DNA from: an uncultured Candidatus Saccharibacteria bacterium
Lineage (GTDB): Bacteria > Patescibacteriota > Minisyncoccia > Phycocordibacterales > UBA2100
Direction: 5' to 3'
NCBI GenBank assembly: GCA_964434285.1
Contig: CAYSUJ010000001.1
Span: 104,703-168,702, forward strand
DNA length: 64,000 nucleotides
Part shown: positions 19,339 through 28,916 of the stretch, piece after piece
Position numbering within the stretch: position 1 is the stretch's first letter
Layout: each line of letters starts with the position of its first letter
The notes under the pieces: generated by a model
Database searches by the model: none
What the model was told of the DNA's origin: nothing
The model's input: only the letters and a program-made list of their open reading frames with translations
Position numbers and translations under genes: made by a program

Positions 19339-19612
19339 CAGCAACTACTTCAACCTGAGAGCGAACAGACGTGCGACCATCAAAATCGCGCTTGCGCTTG
19401 GTGCTGAATTTCACGAGGCCAGCAACTCGGGCAAAAAGAGTATGATCTGAGCCGATGCCGATGTTGCGGCCAGCCATGATCTTCGTGCCGCGCTGACGCA
19501 CGATGATCTCGCCAATGCCAACCTTCGTGCCATCAGCGCGCTTCACGCCGAGGTACTTCGGATTTGAATCATTGAGGTTTTTTGCTGTTCCGCCTGCTTT
19601 TGTTGATGCCAT
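19331..19612 (-). CDS. rpmA: 50S ribosomal protein L27
   Basis: KAGGT...[10 protein letters not shown]...IIVRQRGT...DHTLFA. Confidence 0.96.
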   Translation of the reverse strand: MASTKAGGTAKNLNDSNPKYLGVKRADGTKVGIGEIIVRQRGTKIMAGRNIGIGSDHTLFARVAGLVKFSTKRKRDFDGRTSVRSQVEVVAAN

Positions 19613-19680
19613 ATGGGTAGGGTCTAGGTTTGTAGGGGATAGGGTCTCGGGATAGCCCAGAGACGCGATAGAATCCTCCT

Positions 19681-20049
19681 ATGCCAAACAGAATACAGGA
19701 ATTGTTGGGAAAGGTCAAATCTGGGTTGGGGGCCCTCCTTGAGGAGTGGGGGATTGTTCTCATCATCATTCTCGCAGCCTCAGGAAGCTTCTTTTTAGGC
19801 CGTATTTCAGCTCTAGAAGCCTCTAAGCCCCCCATAGGGGTAAGAATGGCTCCTGAGGCCTCAGAACCCCGAGGAATGCATGTTGGCGGTCTTATCGTGG
19901 CTTCCAAAACGGGGGAGGTCTATCATTACCCCTGGTGCCCAGGAGCCTCCCAGATGAAGAAGGAAAACCAGGTTTGGTTTGCCGATGAAGCTGCAGCTCG
20001 AAAGGCGGGGTACAAACCCTCCAAAAATTGCACAGGACTTGGAAACTAG
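19681..20049 (+). CDS. Membrane protein with C-terminal Ada-like metal-binding domain
   Basis: 'ASKTGEVYHYPWC...F..EAAARKAGYKPSKNC'. Confidence 0.75.
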   Translation: MPNRIQELLGKVKSGLGALLEEWGIVLIIILAASGSFFLGRISALEASKPPIGVRMAPEASEPRGMHVGGLIVASKTGEVYHYPWCPGASQMKKENQVWFADEAAARKAGYKPSKNCTGLGN

Positions 20050-20052
20050 TTT

Positions 20053-20131
20053 GTAGAACGTAGTTCGTAATACGTAGTGGAATTCAGTATGCATCGCTTT
20101 ACTACGTACTACGTTCTACGTACTATGTACT
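20053..20131. repeat. Inverted heptamer arrays (GTAGAAC-type / ACTACGT-type) forming a hairpin
   Basis: gtagaac gtagttc gtaatac gtagt ... actacgt actacgt tctacgt actatgt. Confidence 0.75.
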
Positions 20132-20135
20132 GACT

Positions 20136-20735
20136 ATGCTTGTTATTGACGTTGAAGCCTCCGGGACAGAGGCACATAAGCACTCAATTGTTTCTCTGGG
20201 TGCGCTCGATTTGTTTAACCCGTCGAATCGCATCTACGAAGAATGTCGCGTGTGGGACGGGGCACACATAATGGATGAGGCGTTGAAGGTGAATGGATTC
20301 ACGAAAGAGCAGGTAACTGATCCGGGAAAGCAAAGCGAATCGGATCTTGTCCACCGATTTCTGGATTGGAGCAAGGATCTGAAAGACCGTACGCTCGCGG
20401 GGCAGAACGTTTCGTTTGATAGAGACTTTGTGAAGTATGCGTGCGAACGTGCGGGGCATACTGAATGGCCGTTTGCGTATCGCACGATCGATACACACAC
20501 GCTCTGCTGGGCGCACATGGTGAATAGAGGTATGCAACCACCAATCGATCCGAAACATCGCCGATCCTCACTCAACCTCGATGCAGTACTCAACTACTGC
20601 GGCATTCCCGAGGAGCCGGATCCGCACAATGCCCTCACTGGTGCACTCTCTCATGCAGAAGTGATCTCGCGCTTGCTCTACGGCCGCAAACTTCTCCCTG
20701 AGTTTGAGCACTACGATATACCGTGGCGCGCCTAA
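20136..20735 (+). CDS. DEDDh 3'-5' exonuclease
   Basis: DVEASG, GQNVSFD, DTH, HNALTGA. Confidence 0.85.
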   Translation: MLVIDVEASGTEAHKHSIVSLGALDLFNPSNRIYEECRVWDGAHIMDEALKVNGFTKEQVTDPGKQSESDLVHRFLDWSKDLKDRTLAGQNVSFDRDFVKYACERAGHTEWPFAYRTIDTHTLCWAHMVNRGMQPPIDPKHRRSSLNLDAVLNYCGIPEEPDPHNALTGALSHAEVISRLLYGRKLLPEFEHYDIPWRA

Positions 20736-20760
20736 ATAGAGAGGGGTATAGTGGTTGCAT

Positions 20761-21510
20761 ATGAACATCTTCGCCGCCCTTTTGTGGCTCTTTATTGGCG
20801 CCAGTGTTTTAGCTGCGGTTATTCGTCAGGTCAACCAATACGAGAAAGGGGTATTTTTTACTATCGGTAAATTTACGGGCATTAAGGAACCGGGGTGGAG
20901 AATCGTCATTCCGATTTTTCAATCGATGCGCAAAGTGGACATGCGCACGAAGGCGGTCGACGTTCCTGAGCAGAAAGCGATTACGAAAGACAATATCGCG
21001 GTTGGGGTGAATGCGGTAATTTATTATCGCGTCGCGGATGCTGCAAAAGCGATCCTTGAAGTCGAGGATTTTATTTACGCGATGTCCCAGCTCGCACAAA
21101 CGACGATGCGCAACGCAGTGGGCGAAGTTGAGCTTGATGAGCTTCTTTCAAGTCGCGATAAGATTTCGGAACGCATCCGCACAGTCGTCGATGTTGCGTC
21201 AGATCCGTGGGGCATCAAAGTGATGAATGTGGAGCTGAAAGATATCGCCCTTCCACAAGATATGGAGCGCACCATTGCAAAACAAGCGGAAGCCGAGCGC
21301 GAAAAGCGTGCCGTTATCATCCGTGCTGAAGGAGAAGTTGTTGCGGCGGAGAATATGGCAAAGGCAGCAGAGACTCTTGCAAACGCACCGGGTGCTCTTC
21401 ACCTCCGCACACTACAAAGCATCAATGACATATCGAGCGATCAGAGCAACACAATAGTCTTTGCAGTCCCTCTCGAAGTGCTTCGTGCGTTAGAAAAAAT
21501 TAAGAACTAA
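20761..21510 (+). CDS. SPFH/stomatin (slipin) family protein
   Basis: 'ITKDNIAVGVNAVIYYRV...QTTMR...QAEAEREKRA...LRTLQ'. Confidence 0.92.
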   Translation: MNIFAALLWLFIGASVLAAVIRQVNQYEKGVFFTIGKFTGIKEPGWRIVIPIFQSMRKVDMRTKAVDVPEQKAITKDNIAVGVNAVIYYRVADAAKAILEVEDFIYAMSQLAQTTMRNAVGEVELDELLSSRDKISERIRTVVDVASDPWGIKVMNVELKDIALPQDMERTIAKQAEAEREKRAVIIRAEGEVVAAENMAKAAETLANAPGALHLRTLQSINDISSDQSNTIVFAVPLEVLRALEKIKN

Positions 21511-21515
21511 AAACT

Positions 21516-22025
21516 ATGATGCGCATTCTCAAATATGTGGGCATGCGCATTTCCCTTTTCAGCATGCGTTTTTTGCACGCAGCGCGCTTGGTAATTCGAA
21601 AAGTTGTGCGTGGGGGAGGTGAGAGTCACAATGTCCGCATCATGCTTCTTCGCGATGGGCGTGTCCTTCTCGTTCGACACGCTTACGCCCCTTGGGTGTG
21701 GACGCTTCCCGGAGGTACTGTAGAAAAAAATGAATCTGATGAGGATGCTGCGAAACGTGAAGCGCGAGAAGAAACCGGTTTCGAAGTAATCGCGCTTGAT
21801 GGAGAGGTTGGAATCTATAAACGCCGGATCTATGGAATGGGGGATAGGGTACGCGTGTTTTTTACCGAACACTTTGAAGGCACCATGGATCTCCTCCCTG
21901 GTCCGGAAATTTTACAGCGGGGAAGTTTTCACATGAATGATTTGCCGGAAACTATTTCGCCAAAAACAAAAAGAATCATCGAGGCCTACGGGCGCGGCGT
22001 GCGAGGGGAGGTGGGAGTGTGGTGA
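21516..22025 (+). CDS. NUDIX hydrolase
   Basis: Nudix box GGTVEKNESDEDAAKREAREETG. Confidence 0.88.
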   Translation: MMRILKYVGMRISLFSMRFLHAARLVIRKVVRGGGESHNVRIMLLRDGRVLLVRHAYAPWVWTLPGGTVEKNESDEDAAKREAREETGFEVIALDGEVGIYKRRIYGMGDRVRVFFTEHFEGTMDLLPGPEILQRGSFHMNDLPETISPKTKRIIEAYGRGVRGEVGVW

Positions 22026-22080
22026 GGTTCTGTATTTTCCTTGCTGTGGATAAGAGAGCCCGGGTTCCCGAGAGCATCAC

Positions 22081-22187
22081 TTCGCACAATATATCTTTTG
22101 CGAAGTATACTTAGGGCTTTCGCCCTACATATACTTACGCAAAAGATTGGCAACATTGTGCGAACCCTTGGCTCGCACAATGTTGCC
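22081..22187. repeat. Composite palindromic (REP/MITE-like) element
   Basis: Hairpins 22093-22147 and 22149-22187; TCGCACAAT repeated at 22082 and 22173. Confidence 0.6.
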
Positions 22188-22246
22188 CTCGCGTAGCGAA
22201 CCTTTCTCACCTCCCACGTCTTATTTCTCACTTGTATACTTCCCCC

Positions 22247-22879
22247 ATGCTTTCCGCCGAGATTCGCTCGCTTCTGATGCCTGATGAGCGCCGCATCTTT
22301 TCCAAACTTGACTCCCCTGCCAAAATCCAAAATTTTCTGGAATCGATTCCAGTCAATTACGAGCATGGTGGCGAGACCAATTATTCACCTCGGAATGTTG
22401 TAAGACACAAAACAGCCCATTGTTTTGAAGGAGCGGTATTTGCAGCAGCCGTTTTGGCCTACCACGGCAAGAAACCGCTCCTCATGGATTTTGCGACCGC
22501 GTACAATGATGAAGATCACTGCGTCGCGCTTTTCAAAGAAAAAAATCGTTGGGGCGCGATATCTAAAACAAATCACACGGTTCTGCGCTACCGAGATCCC
22601 GTCTACGAATCGCCCCGTGAACTCGCGATGAGCTACTTTCATGAATACTTTTTGCACGACGGTCGCAAATCGCTCCGTGGTTTTTCGAAGCCGTTTGATC
22701 TATCTCGCTTCAGACCTGAGCGTTGGATAACGTCAGATAAGCCACTGGAGTGGCTTCTCACCGCAATTGCGAAAACGCACTATTATTCCATTGCGCAAGA
22801 TGTGACGCTCCGCCGTTTGCGTAACGCAACAAAGATAGAAATCAAATCACTCGATATTCTTGAGTGGCCGAAATCCTAG
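22247..22879 (+). CDS. Transglutaminase-like hypothetical protein
   Basis: 'AHCFEGA...DEDHCVALF...WGAISKTNH...LRYRDPVY' with putative Cys/His catalytic residues. Confidence 0.7.
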   Translation: MLSAEIRSLLMPDERRIFSKLDSPAKIQNFLESIPVNYEHGGETNYSPRNVVRHKTAHCFEGAVFAAAVLAYHGKKPLLMDFATAYNDEDHCVALFKEKNRWGAISKTNHTVLRYRDPVYESPRELAMSYFHEYFLHDGRKSLRGFSKPFDLSRFRPERWITSDKPLEWLLTAIAKTHYYSIAQDVTLRRLRNATKIEIKSLDILEWPKS

Positions 22880-24129
22880 AGATAATCAAGCGGATTCAAA
22901 TAGCCGTTTGCTGCGGAGACCGGAATAATCGCATTGTTGCAGCCTTTGCCTGAACCAAGTTTGCGGATTTGGACCGCGTCTGAAGCGAAAAGCGAAAGGT
23001 GCAGATGTGGGCCGGTTGCGTAGCCGGTAAAGCCCGAATAGCCGATGACCTGGCTCGTCTTCACAGCGTCGCCCTCCGAGACGTTTATCTCTGAGAGGTG
23101 TGCATACAGTGTTGAGAGCCCGTTTCCGTGCTTCACGAGGACCCATTTGCCATACGAGTAGCAGCCAGGTATCGCATCAGTGTTGCCTGTGCCTTGCACC
23201 GTGCCCGCGAGGGCGCTTTTGATTGGTGTTCCGATCGATGCGCCGAAATCTACACCGTTGTGCGTTCCGGAGACATAGAGACGCCCGGAATCGGCCGTAC
23301 GCCCGAACTGTTGTGTAATGCGTACATTATCCAAGGGCCAACGAAGGATCCCTTTGCCTGCCGCAGGAAGTCGCGAGGGGTCGAGTGTGTATTGCAGTTT
23401 CGATTCGAGATCGCTCATGGCAGCTTCGAAAGATGCGCGCGCCGCGCGCTTATCGGCGAGTAGCTTTTGGTAGCTGGCCTCTTCGCTTTTCGTCCGTGTG
23501 AGTAGATTTTGCTGCTCTTTCTTTTGCACTCCGAGCGATTGTTCCTCGGCAGCGAGATCTTCTTTTTGGGTGACCAAGAGCTCACGCTTCTCGTGAGCCT
23601 CGTCGCGATCTTCCGCGAGCAGATTCTTCGCCTCTTCGAGCGTATCGACATGCACGCGCATTGAATCCTGCACCGATCGTACGATTTCCGTGTCGTTCCA
23701 GAATTCACCGAGATTCCTCGAGCCGAGTACCATTTCAACAAGGCTATAGTCTTCCGACTCTTGCAGTTTGCGGATGGAACTCGCTATGGCGGCCGATTCA
23801 ATTTGTATCACCTGCTCCTTGCTGAGGATTTCTCCCGTAAGCTCTTGTATCTCGAGCTCGGTTGTTCCTATCTGACCCTGTTTCGCTCGCACTTGAGCCT
23901 GCGTCTTTTTCACCGATACATCAAGCGAGTTTACAGCCGTCTGAAGCGTCTGCTTCTTCCCGCCAATTTGCACGAGCTCAGCCTCGTAGGTAGCTATTTC
24001 CTTGTTGATGGCATCAATCTTTCCGCGTTGTTCCTCGATGCTTTTTCGCAGATCATCGGCAGATTGTGCCTTGAGAAGGACTGGGCACACGAAAAGGACG
24101 CACAATGCTGCGAGAACCGATAACCTCAT
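22876..24129 (-). CDS. M23 peptidoglycan endopeptidase with coiled coil
   Basis: HNGVDF, YAHL, TGPHLH; start MRLSV overlaps the gltX stop. Confidence 0.9.
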   Translation of the reverse strand: MRLSVLAALCVLFVCPVLLKAQSADDLRKSIEEQRGKIDAINKEIATYEAELVQIGGKKQTLQTAVNSLDVSVKKTQAQVRAKQGQIGTTELEIQELTGEILSKEQVIQIESAAIASSIRKLQESEDYSLVEMVLGSRNLGEFWNDTEIVRSVQDSMRVHVDTLEEAKNLLAEDRDEAHEKRELLVTQKEDLAAEEQSLGVQKKEQQNLLTRTKSEEASYQKLLADKRAARASFEAAMSDLESKLQYTLDPSRLPAAGKGILRWPLDNVRITQQFGRTADSGRLYVSGTHNGVDFGASIGTPIKSALAGTVQGTGNTDAIPGCYSYGKWVLVKHGNGLSTLYAHLSEINVSEGDAVKTSQVIGYSGFTGYATGPHLHLSLFASDAVQIRKLGSGKGCNNAIIPVSAANGYLNPLDYL

Positions 24130-25463
24130 TCTTTGAGTATACCGCATGCCGTTTGTATACGAGAGAGCGTCTCTTCCTTGCCAAGCACCCCCGCGAGCGT
24201 GAAGGGATCGGGGGACTTGTCCTTCCCTGAAAGGGCGTAGCGTAGAGGCCAAAGAACTGCGCCGCGACCTACCTCTTCCGCGTAGCCCCAGAGGGCGTTT
24301 TTGACCGAATCTGCACCCCATTCTGCGAGTTTCTCGAGGCGTTCGTGGGTCTCGATGAGGTTTTTGAGGGCTGTCGCTGCATCGCTTTTCTTGTCAGGGA
24401 TGCGCGATTTATCCAATTGGGGAGCTTTAAAGTAGTAATCAAACTCCCCTGCACTCGCGAGCTCGGCGATATCACCCCAGAGCGATATACGCTCGCGAAT
24501 AATGGGCAGAAGCGCGTTCGCACGCTCCTCGCTCCAGGAGACGCGAGAAGCAAGAGATTCTTTCAGACGCCTCAATGCCTCTATATCAAAATCATGCGTA
24601 GAGAGTGTAAGGAGGTATTCTCGATTAAACCAGCGAAGTTTTTCCTCGTTGAAAATAGCACCACTCTTATGCACGCGCGAAAGATCGAAGTGATTAATAA
24701 GTTCCTCCATAGAAAAAAGCTCCCTATCCCCTTCCCCCGCGCTCCATCCGAGAAGCGCCAAGAAGTTATTCATGGCTTCCGGCAGATATCCCTTTTCTCG
24801 GTAATCTTTAACCGCCGTTTTGTGTTTACGCTTCGACATTTTTGATCTATCGGGCATGAGGATAAGGGGAATATGTCCGTAGACAGGGCGAGGCAAATTG
24901 AGTGCTTCTTGGATAAGAATCTGGCGCGGTGTATTTGAAATATGTTCTTCGCCACGGATCACATGTGTGATACCCGCTGCGCCATCATCCGCGACGACTG
25001 CAAAATGATAGAGAGGGTCGGTGACTGAGCGTGCGATAACAAAATCTTTGAGTTCGGTCGTGTCAAAAGATATGGGGCCGCGAACAGCGTCATCAAACGT
25101 GATTGTTTTGCCTGGATTCCTCAGGCGGACAACTTCGACGATGCGCCCGGAGCCGTCTTTCGCTTCCTCCTTGGACACGTACGCACGATCCGTATCAACG
25201 AGATTCTGTAAAAGCCTCGTATGCTCTGCGAGGTGTTCCGATTGCACGTATTTTTCGCTGTACTCATATCCGAGCCATGCCATTTGCGCATAAATATCCT
25301 CTTCGGATTCTTTCGTATTTCTCTCTTTATCAGTATCTTCAATGCGTAAAATGAACTGGCCACCATGCCGCTTGGCAAACAAGTAATTGAAAAGTGCGGT
25401 GCGTGCGGTACCGATATGAAAGAATCCTGTTGGCGACGGAGCTATGCGCGTGCGGATGGTCAT
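24126..25463 (-). CDS. gltX: Glutamate--tRNA ligase
   Basis: RIAPSPTG, HIG, RIEDTD, KMSKR. Confidence 0.96.
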   Translation of the reverse strand: MTIRTRIAPSPTGFFHIGTARTALFNYLFAKRHGGQFILRIEDTDKERNTKESEEDIYAQMAWLGYEYSEKYVQSEHLAEHTRLLQNLVDTDRAYVSKEEAKDGSGRIVEVVRLRNPGKTITFDDAVRGPISFDTTELKDFVIARSVTDPLYHFAVVADDGAAGITHVIRGEEHISNTPRQILIQEALNLPRPVYGHIPLILMPDRSKMSKRKHKTAVKDYREKGYLPEAMNNFLALLGWSAGEGDRELFSMEELINHFDLSRVHKSGAIFNEEKLRWFNREYLLTLSTHDFDIEALRRLKESLASRVSWSEERANALLPIIRERISLWGDIAELASAGEFDYYFKAPQLDKSRIPDKKSDAATALKNLIETHERLEKLAEWGADSVKNALWGYAEEVGRGAVLWPLRYALSGKDKSPDPFTLAGVLGKEETLSRIQTACGILKE

Positions 25464-26605
25464 ACCGCAGGTTCGTGCGAAATGCCCGTCTCGAGAATAA
25501 CTTCTGCTATTTTCCTTCCGGCACCCGGACGTGCAAACGCGAGCGCGGCTTCACGCATGCGGTTTCGTGTCGGCTCGTCCGTCATAAGGCGCTCGATTTC
25601 AGCAAGTAGCAGGTGCTGCGTGAGATTTTTTTGCTCAACAACGAGAGCAGCTCCTGAGCGTGCGTATGAGTAGGCGTTCTCGGTTTGATCGTGGGAGACA
25701 TCTTCGGGAATCGGAACGAGAATGGCAGGAATTCCCCATGAAGAAATTTCAAAAATCGTACCGCTCCCAGCGCGCGCAAGGACGAGTGAAGAAATGCCCG
25801 CAGACATCTTGAGGGCAAGCGCGTTCAGTAGACCAAATACGCGGTAACGCTCAGCGTGCACGCTGTCTTTCAGTATCACACCGGACAAGCCTGTAATGTC
25901 ATTGAGATTTGCACTACCAGCTTGATGGACAATGTTGTAGTTGCTTACGAGCGCTGGCAGCGCATCCATGAGCACGTTATTGATCGTTTGCGCACCTTGG
26001 GATCCGCCGAGAATGAGAATGGTGGGAACCGCCGGATCCAATTTCAGGAACTCATGACCACCCTCTGGAGATGGGTGTTCGATCTCGGTCCGAATAGGAT
26101 GACCTGTGCGCGCAATTTTCTTACGTGTTTTCTCTGGAAATGCATTCGCTGCATCAGGATGAGCAACCGCAATCCACTTAGCGAAGCTCGATGCCCAGAG
26201 AGAAACCCTCCCCGGCGTTGCGTCTGCGTCGTAAATAATGACGGGGATGCCAAGAAGGCGTGCCGCAGCAAGTGTGGGAAATGCCGCGTACCCTCCGGTT
26301 GAAAAAATAACATCCGGAAAAAGTGAAAAAAGTTTAAAAAAACTTTTCATGACTCCCGACCAGGCACGAAGCATGTTTAATGGGCTTGGGACGCGAGAGT
26401 CCCGGGGCACTTTCCCTGCCGACGCCTTGATGTATTCAATGTCGTGTTCAGCAAGTGCGCGAGGATCAAACGGCTCAGGACCAATGTAAAAGTATTGCGG
26501 CTCGATGAGGCGGCGCTCCGTGCATATTTCTTCAATAGCCTGCACAACGGCAATGAGCGGATAGAAATGTCCGCCTGTTCCGCCCCCTGTGAGTACTACC
26601 TTCAT
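25460..26605 (-). CDS. murG: MurG glycosyltransferase
   Basis: GGGTGGH, GGSQGA, HDQTENA. Confidence 0.94.
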   Translation of the reverse strand: MKVVLTGGGTGGHFYPLIAVVQAIEEICTERRLIEPQYFYIGPEPFDPRALAEHDIEYIKASAGKVPRDSRVPSPLNMLRAWSGVMKSFFKLFSLFPDVIFSTGGYAAFPTLAAARLLGIPVIIYDADATPGRVSLWASSFAKWIAVAHPDAANAFPEKTRKKIARTGHPIRTEIEHPSPEGGHEFLKLDPAVPTILILGGSQGAQTINNVLMDALPALVSNYNIVHQAGSANLNDITGLSGVILKDSVHAERYRVFGLLNALALKMSAGISSLVLARAGSGTIFEISSWGIPAILVPIPEDVSHDQTENAYSYARSGAALVVEQKNLTQHLLLAEIERLMTDEPTRNRMREAALAFARPGAGRKIAEVILETGISHEPAV

Positions 26606-26639
26606 GTCGAGATATTGTAGCCTTGTAAGACCGTAAGTG

Positions 26640-27755
26640 CTAGGCGCTTTTGCGCACGTGGCGAGAGATGTTTAAAAGTAACCCGGCAGACGCAAGTGAG
26701 ACGAGCATGGCGCTTCCGCCCTGGCTGATAAAAGTCAGCGGAATTCCCGTGAGCGGCATGAGGCCAAGCATGGCGGCAATATTGATAAAGGCTTCGCCAA
26801 CGAGATATGTGGAAATGCCCACCGCGAGAAGTGCCCCGAAAAGATCTGGTGAGCGGGCGGCGATGCTATAGCCGCGCACGGCAAAAAGGAGGAATAGTGC
26901 CACAACAAACACGGCGCCCACAAAACCAAGCTCTTCCGCAATAACCGCAAAAATCGAGTCACCCATCGGCTCGGGAAGATACGTAAACTTCTGCAGGCTT
27001 TGTCCGAGTCCCACGCCTGTCGCCCCCCCTGCCCCGATCGCAATGAGGGATTGCTTTACTTGAAAGAGATCCCCGCGCTCGTCTTGTTGGTGAGGAAAAA
27101 GAAAGGTCTCAATGCGTTGATATACATACGCATAGCGTGGGGTGAAGGAAAGAATAACGAGTGTTGTTACACCAAGAAGCGCAAGAAGAGCAATGTAGCG
27201 AAAACGAAGACCCGCCGCGATCGCGACGGAAAAAATCGAAAAGATGACAATGCCGAGCGTGCCGAAGTCAGGCTGCATCGCGAGCAAGAGCCCCGGAGCG
27301 GCGATGAGGGCAAGAAACGCTGCAACACCCTTCCAGTCCTGAGCGTCGTCGCGCAGAAGTGCAAATACGCTTGCGGCCATGATAACGCCGGCAAGCTTCA
27401 AAAATTCTGAGGGCTGAACGGTAGTAATGCCGAGATCAAGCCAGCGCCGTCCTCCTCCATGCTCGAATCCAAGGCCGGGCACAAAAACGAGCGCTGTGCC
27501 GATGAGGCCGAGAGCATAAATGTACGGCGCATAGGTGCGCCAGATTTTATAATCGACAAAGTACATCACTAGTGCCCCGACGAGCCCGAGGCCAACCCCG
27601 AGCGCGAGGTGGCTAAACATGACCGATGAAATGTGCGAGCCGCCGCGAGCAAGAAGTCCAACTGCGGCCGACGAAAACATGAGAGCTCCACCTAAGACGA
27701 GGGCGCCGAGGAGTCCGATCAAAATAGCGTCTGCCCTACCAAGAGAGAGTCGCAT
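26640..27755 (-). CDS. ftsW: FtsW/RodA SEDS peptidoglycan glycosyltransferase
   Basis: RRWL, QPSEF, QPDFG, LPE, EELG, TGIPL..ISQGGS; lies between mraY and murG. Confidence 0.9.
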   Translation of the reverse strand: MRLSLGRADAILIGLLGALVLGGALMFSSAAVGLLARGGSHISSVMFSHLALGVGLGLVGALVMYFVDYKIWRTYAPYIYALGLIGTALVFVPGLGFEHGGGRRWLDLGITTVQPSEFLKLAGVIMAASVFALLRDDAQDWKGVAAFLALIAAPGLLLAMQPDFGTLGIVIFSIFSVAIAAGLRFRYIALLALLGVTTLVILSFTPRYAYVYQRIETFLFPHQQDERGDLFQVKQSLIAIGAGGATGVGLGQSLQKFTYLPEPMGDSIFAVIAEELGFVGAVFVVALFLLFAVRGYSIAARSPDLFGALLAVGISTYLVGEAFINIAAMLGLMPLTGIPLTFISQGGSAMLVSLASAGLLLNISRHVRKSA

Positions 27756-27756
27756 A

Positions 27757-27864
27757 CCCCTACACCAATACAGACATCGCACCTACGCTGCGAGTCCGTA
27801 TATTACTTTGTAATGAGGCTCTTTCACGTGCTGTTTGAAAGCAGTGTGTGTATTGGTGTAGGGG
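27757..27864. mobile_element. 108-bp MITE-like element on the ftsW start codon
   Basis: 16-bp perfect TIR CCCCTACACCAATACA / TGTATTGGTGTAGGGG; CATA direct repeats at 27753-27756 and 27865-27868. Confidence 0.8.
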
Positions 27865-27868
27865 CATA

Positions 27869-28912
27869 CTATTTTCCCGAAAGCGCGATGATAACGCCGA
27901 GGAATGCAAAGACGATTGCCAAGACCCAGTAACGCATAACCACTTTTTCAGGAGTCCACCCGATCGCCTCAAAATGATGGTGGAGGGGTGCAATACGGAA
28001 GAGTTTTCTCCCGAACCAATACTTCCAAAACATCTGCAGTATGTCGGAAGCAACGGTGATCACGAGAAGGAATCCGATGATGGGAAGTACAGCGACGCCG
28101 ATGCCGCCGCCGAGCTCATCCGTCATAAATGCAATAGTGGGTATCGCGAGCGTGAGCGCCATAGAACCCGTATCTGACATATAAAAGCGCGCGGGCGGGA
28201 TATTGAACCAAAGAAACGCGAGGAGGCCACCGCAAAGGGCGGCGCAAAATGCGGCGAGGTCAATCTGGTTCTGTGAAAATGCGATGATTGCGTAGGAAGC
28301 AAATATGGCGAGAAAGACTCCTCCAGAAAGGCCGTCGAGACCGTCAATGACGCCGCTTGCATAGAGTGCGAGCGAGGTGAGAATGAAGAACGGCACGATG
28401 AGAAATCCGATCTGAAGTAAGCCGTCGAATGGAAGTTGCACTGCAGTGACATCAAGCTTGTCGTAGAACCACCAGCCAATGAGGAATGAGAGGATGATAA
28501 CGATGAGGAGGCGGTAACGTAGCTTCAACCCCTCTCCTCCTGGTCGAATGACGAAAAGGTCATCAAGAAAACCCGCAAGTGCACCCACGAGAAGTGCTGA
28601 AAACGGCACCCAAGTCTGGCTGCGACTCAAGAAATCAAATGCCTCGAGACTCGGAAGAATAGTAAAAATTGCGGCGGTAAGAGCGACGCTGCCCCAAATG
28701 ATGATCCCACCAAACCGAGGCGTGTTTACCTCCCGCGTCTCGTGAAGCCGGTTGAATTCGCTTGCGTGTGTGCCGTCATAAGCCGTTTTGCCCGCCTTTT
28801 TCTTCCATGCTTTGAGAGAGTAGAGGTAATGCGTGAGAATCGGCGTCATCGCGATGCCAAGCACGAAGGCGAGGCCTGCAGGAAAAAGCACCCGTATAAC
28901 GTCGGGAAGCAT
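27869..28912 (-). CDS. mraY: Phospho-MurNAc-pentapeptide transferase
   Basis: TPRFGG, GFLDD, DGLDGL, APLHHHFE. Confidence 0.94.
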   Translation of the reverse strand: MLPDVIRVLFPAGLAFVLGIAMTPILTHYLYSLKAWKKKAGKTAYDGTHASEFNRLHETREVNTPRFGGIIIWGSVALTAAIFTILPSLEAFDFLSRSQTWVPFSALLVGALAGFLDDLFVIRPGGEGLKLRYRLLIVIILSFLIGWWFYDKLDVTAVQLPFDGLLQIGFLIVPFFILTSLALYASGVIDGLDGLSGGVFLAIFASYAIIAFSQNQIDLAAFCAALCGGLLAFLWFNIPPARFYMSDTGSMALTLAIPTIAFMTDELGGGIGVAVLPIIGFLLVITVASDILQMFWKYWFGRKLFRIAPLHHHFEAIGWTPEKVVMRYWVLAIVFAFLGVIIALSGK

Positions 28913-28916
28913 GGAG

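Noticed and set aside
22045-22053. Replication origin
   Set aside because: Only one DnaA-box match and no dnaA/dnaN context.
24130-24321. Extended N-terminus of the M23 peptidase
   Set aside because: Overlaps gltX; the signal peptide starts at MRLSV (24129).
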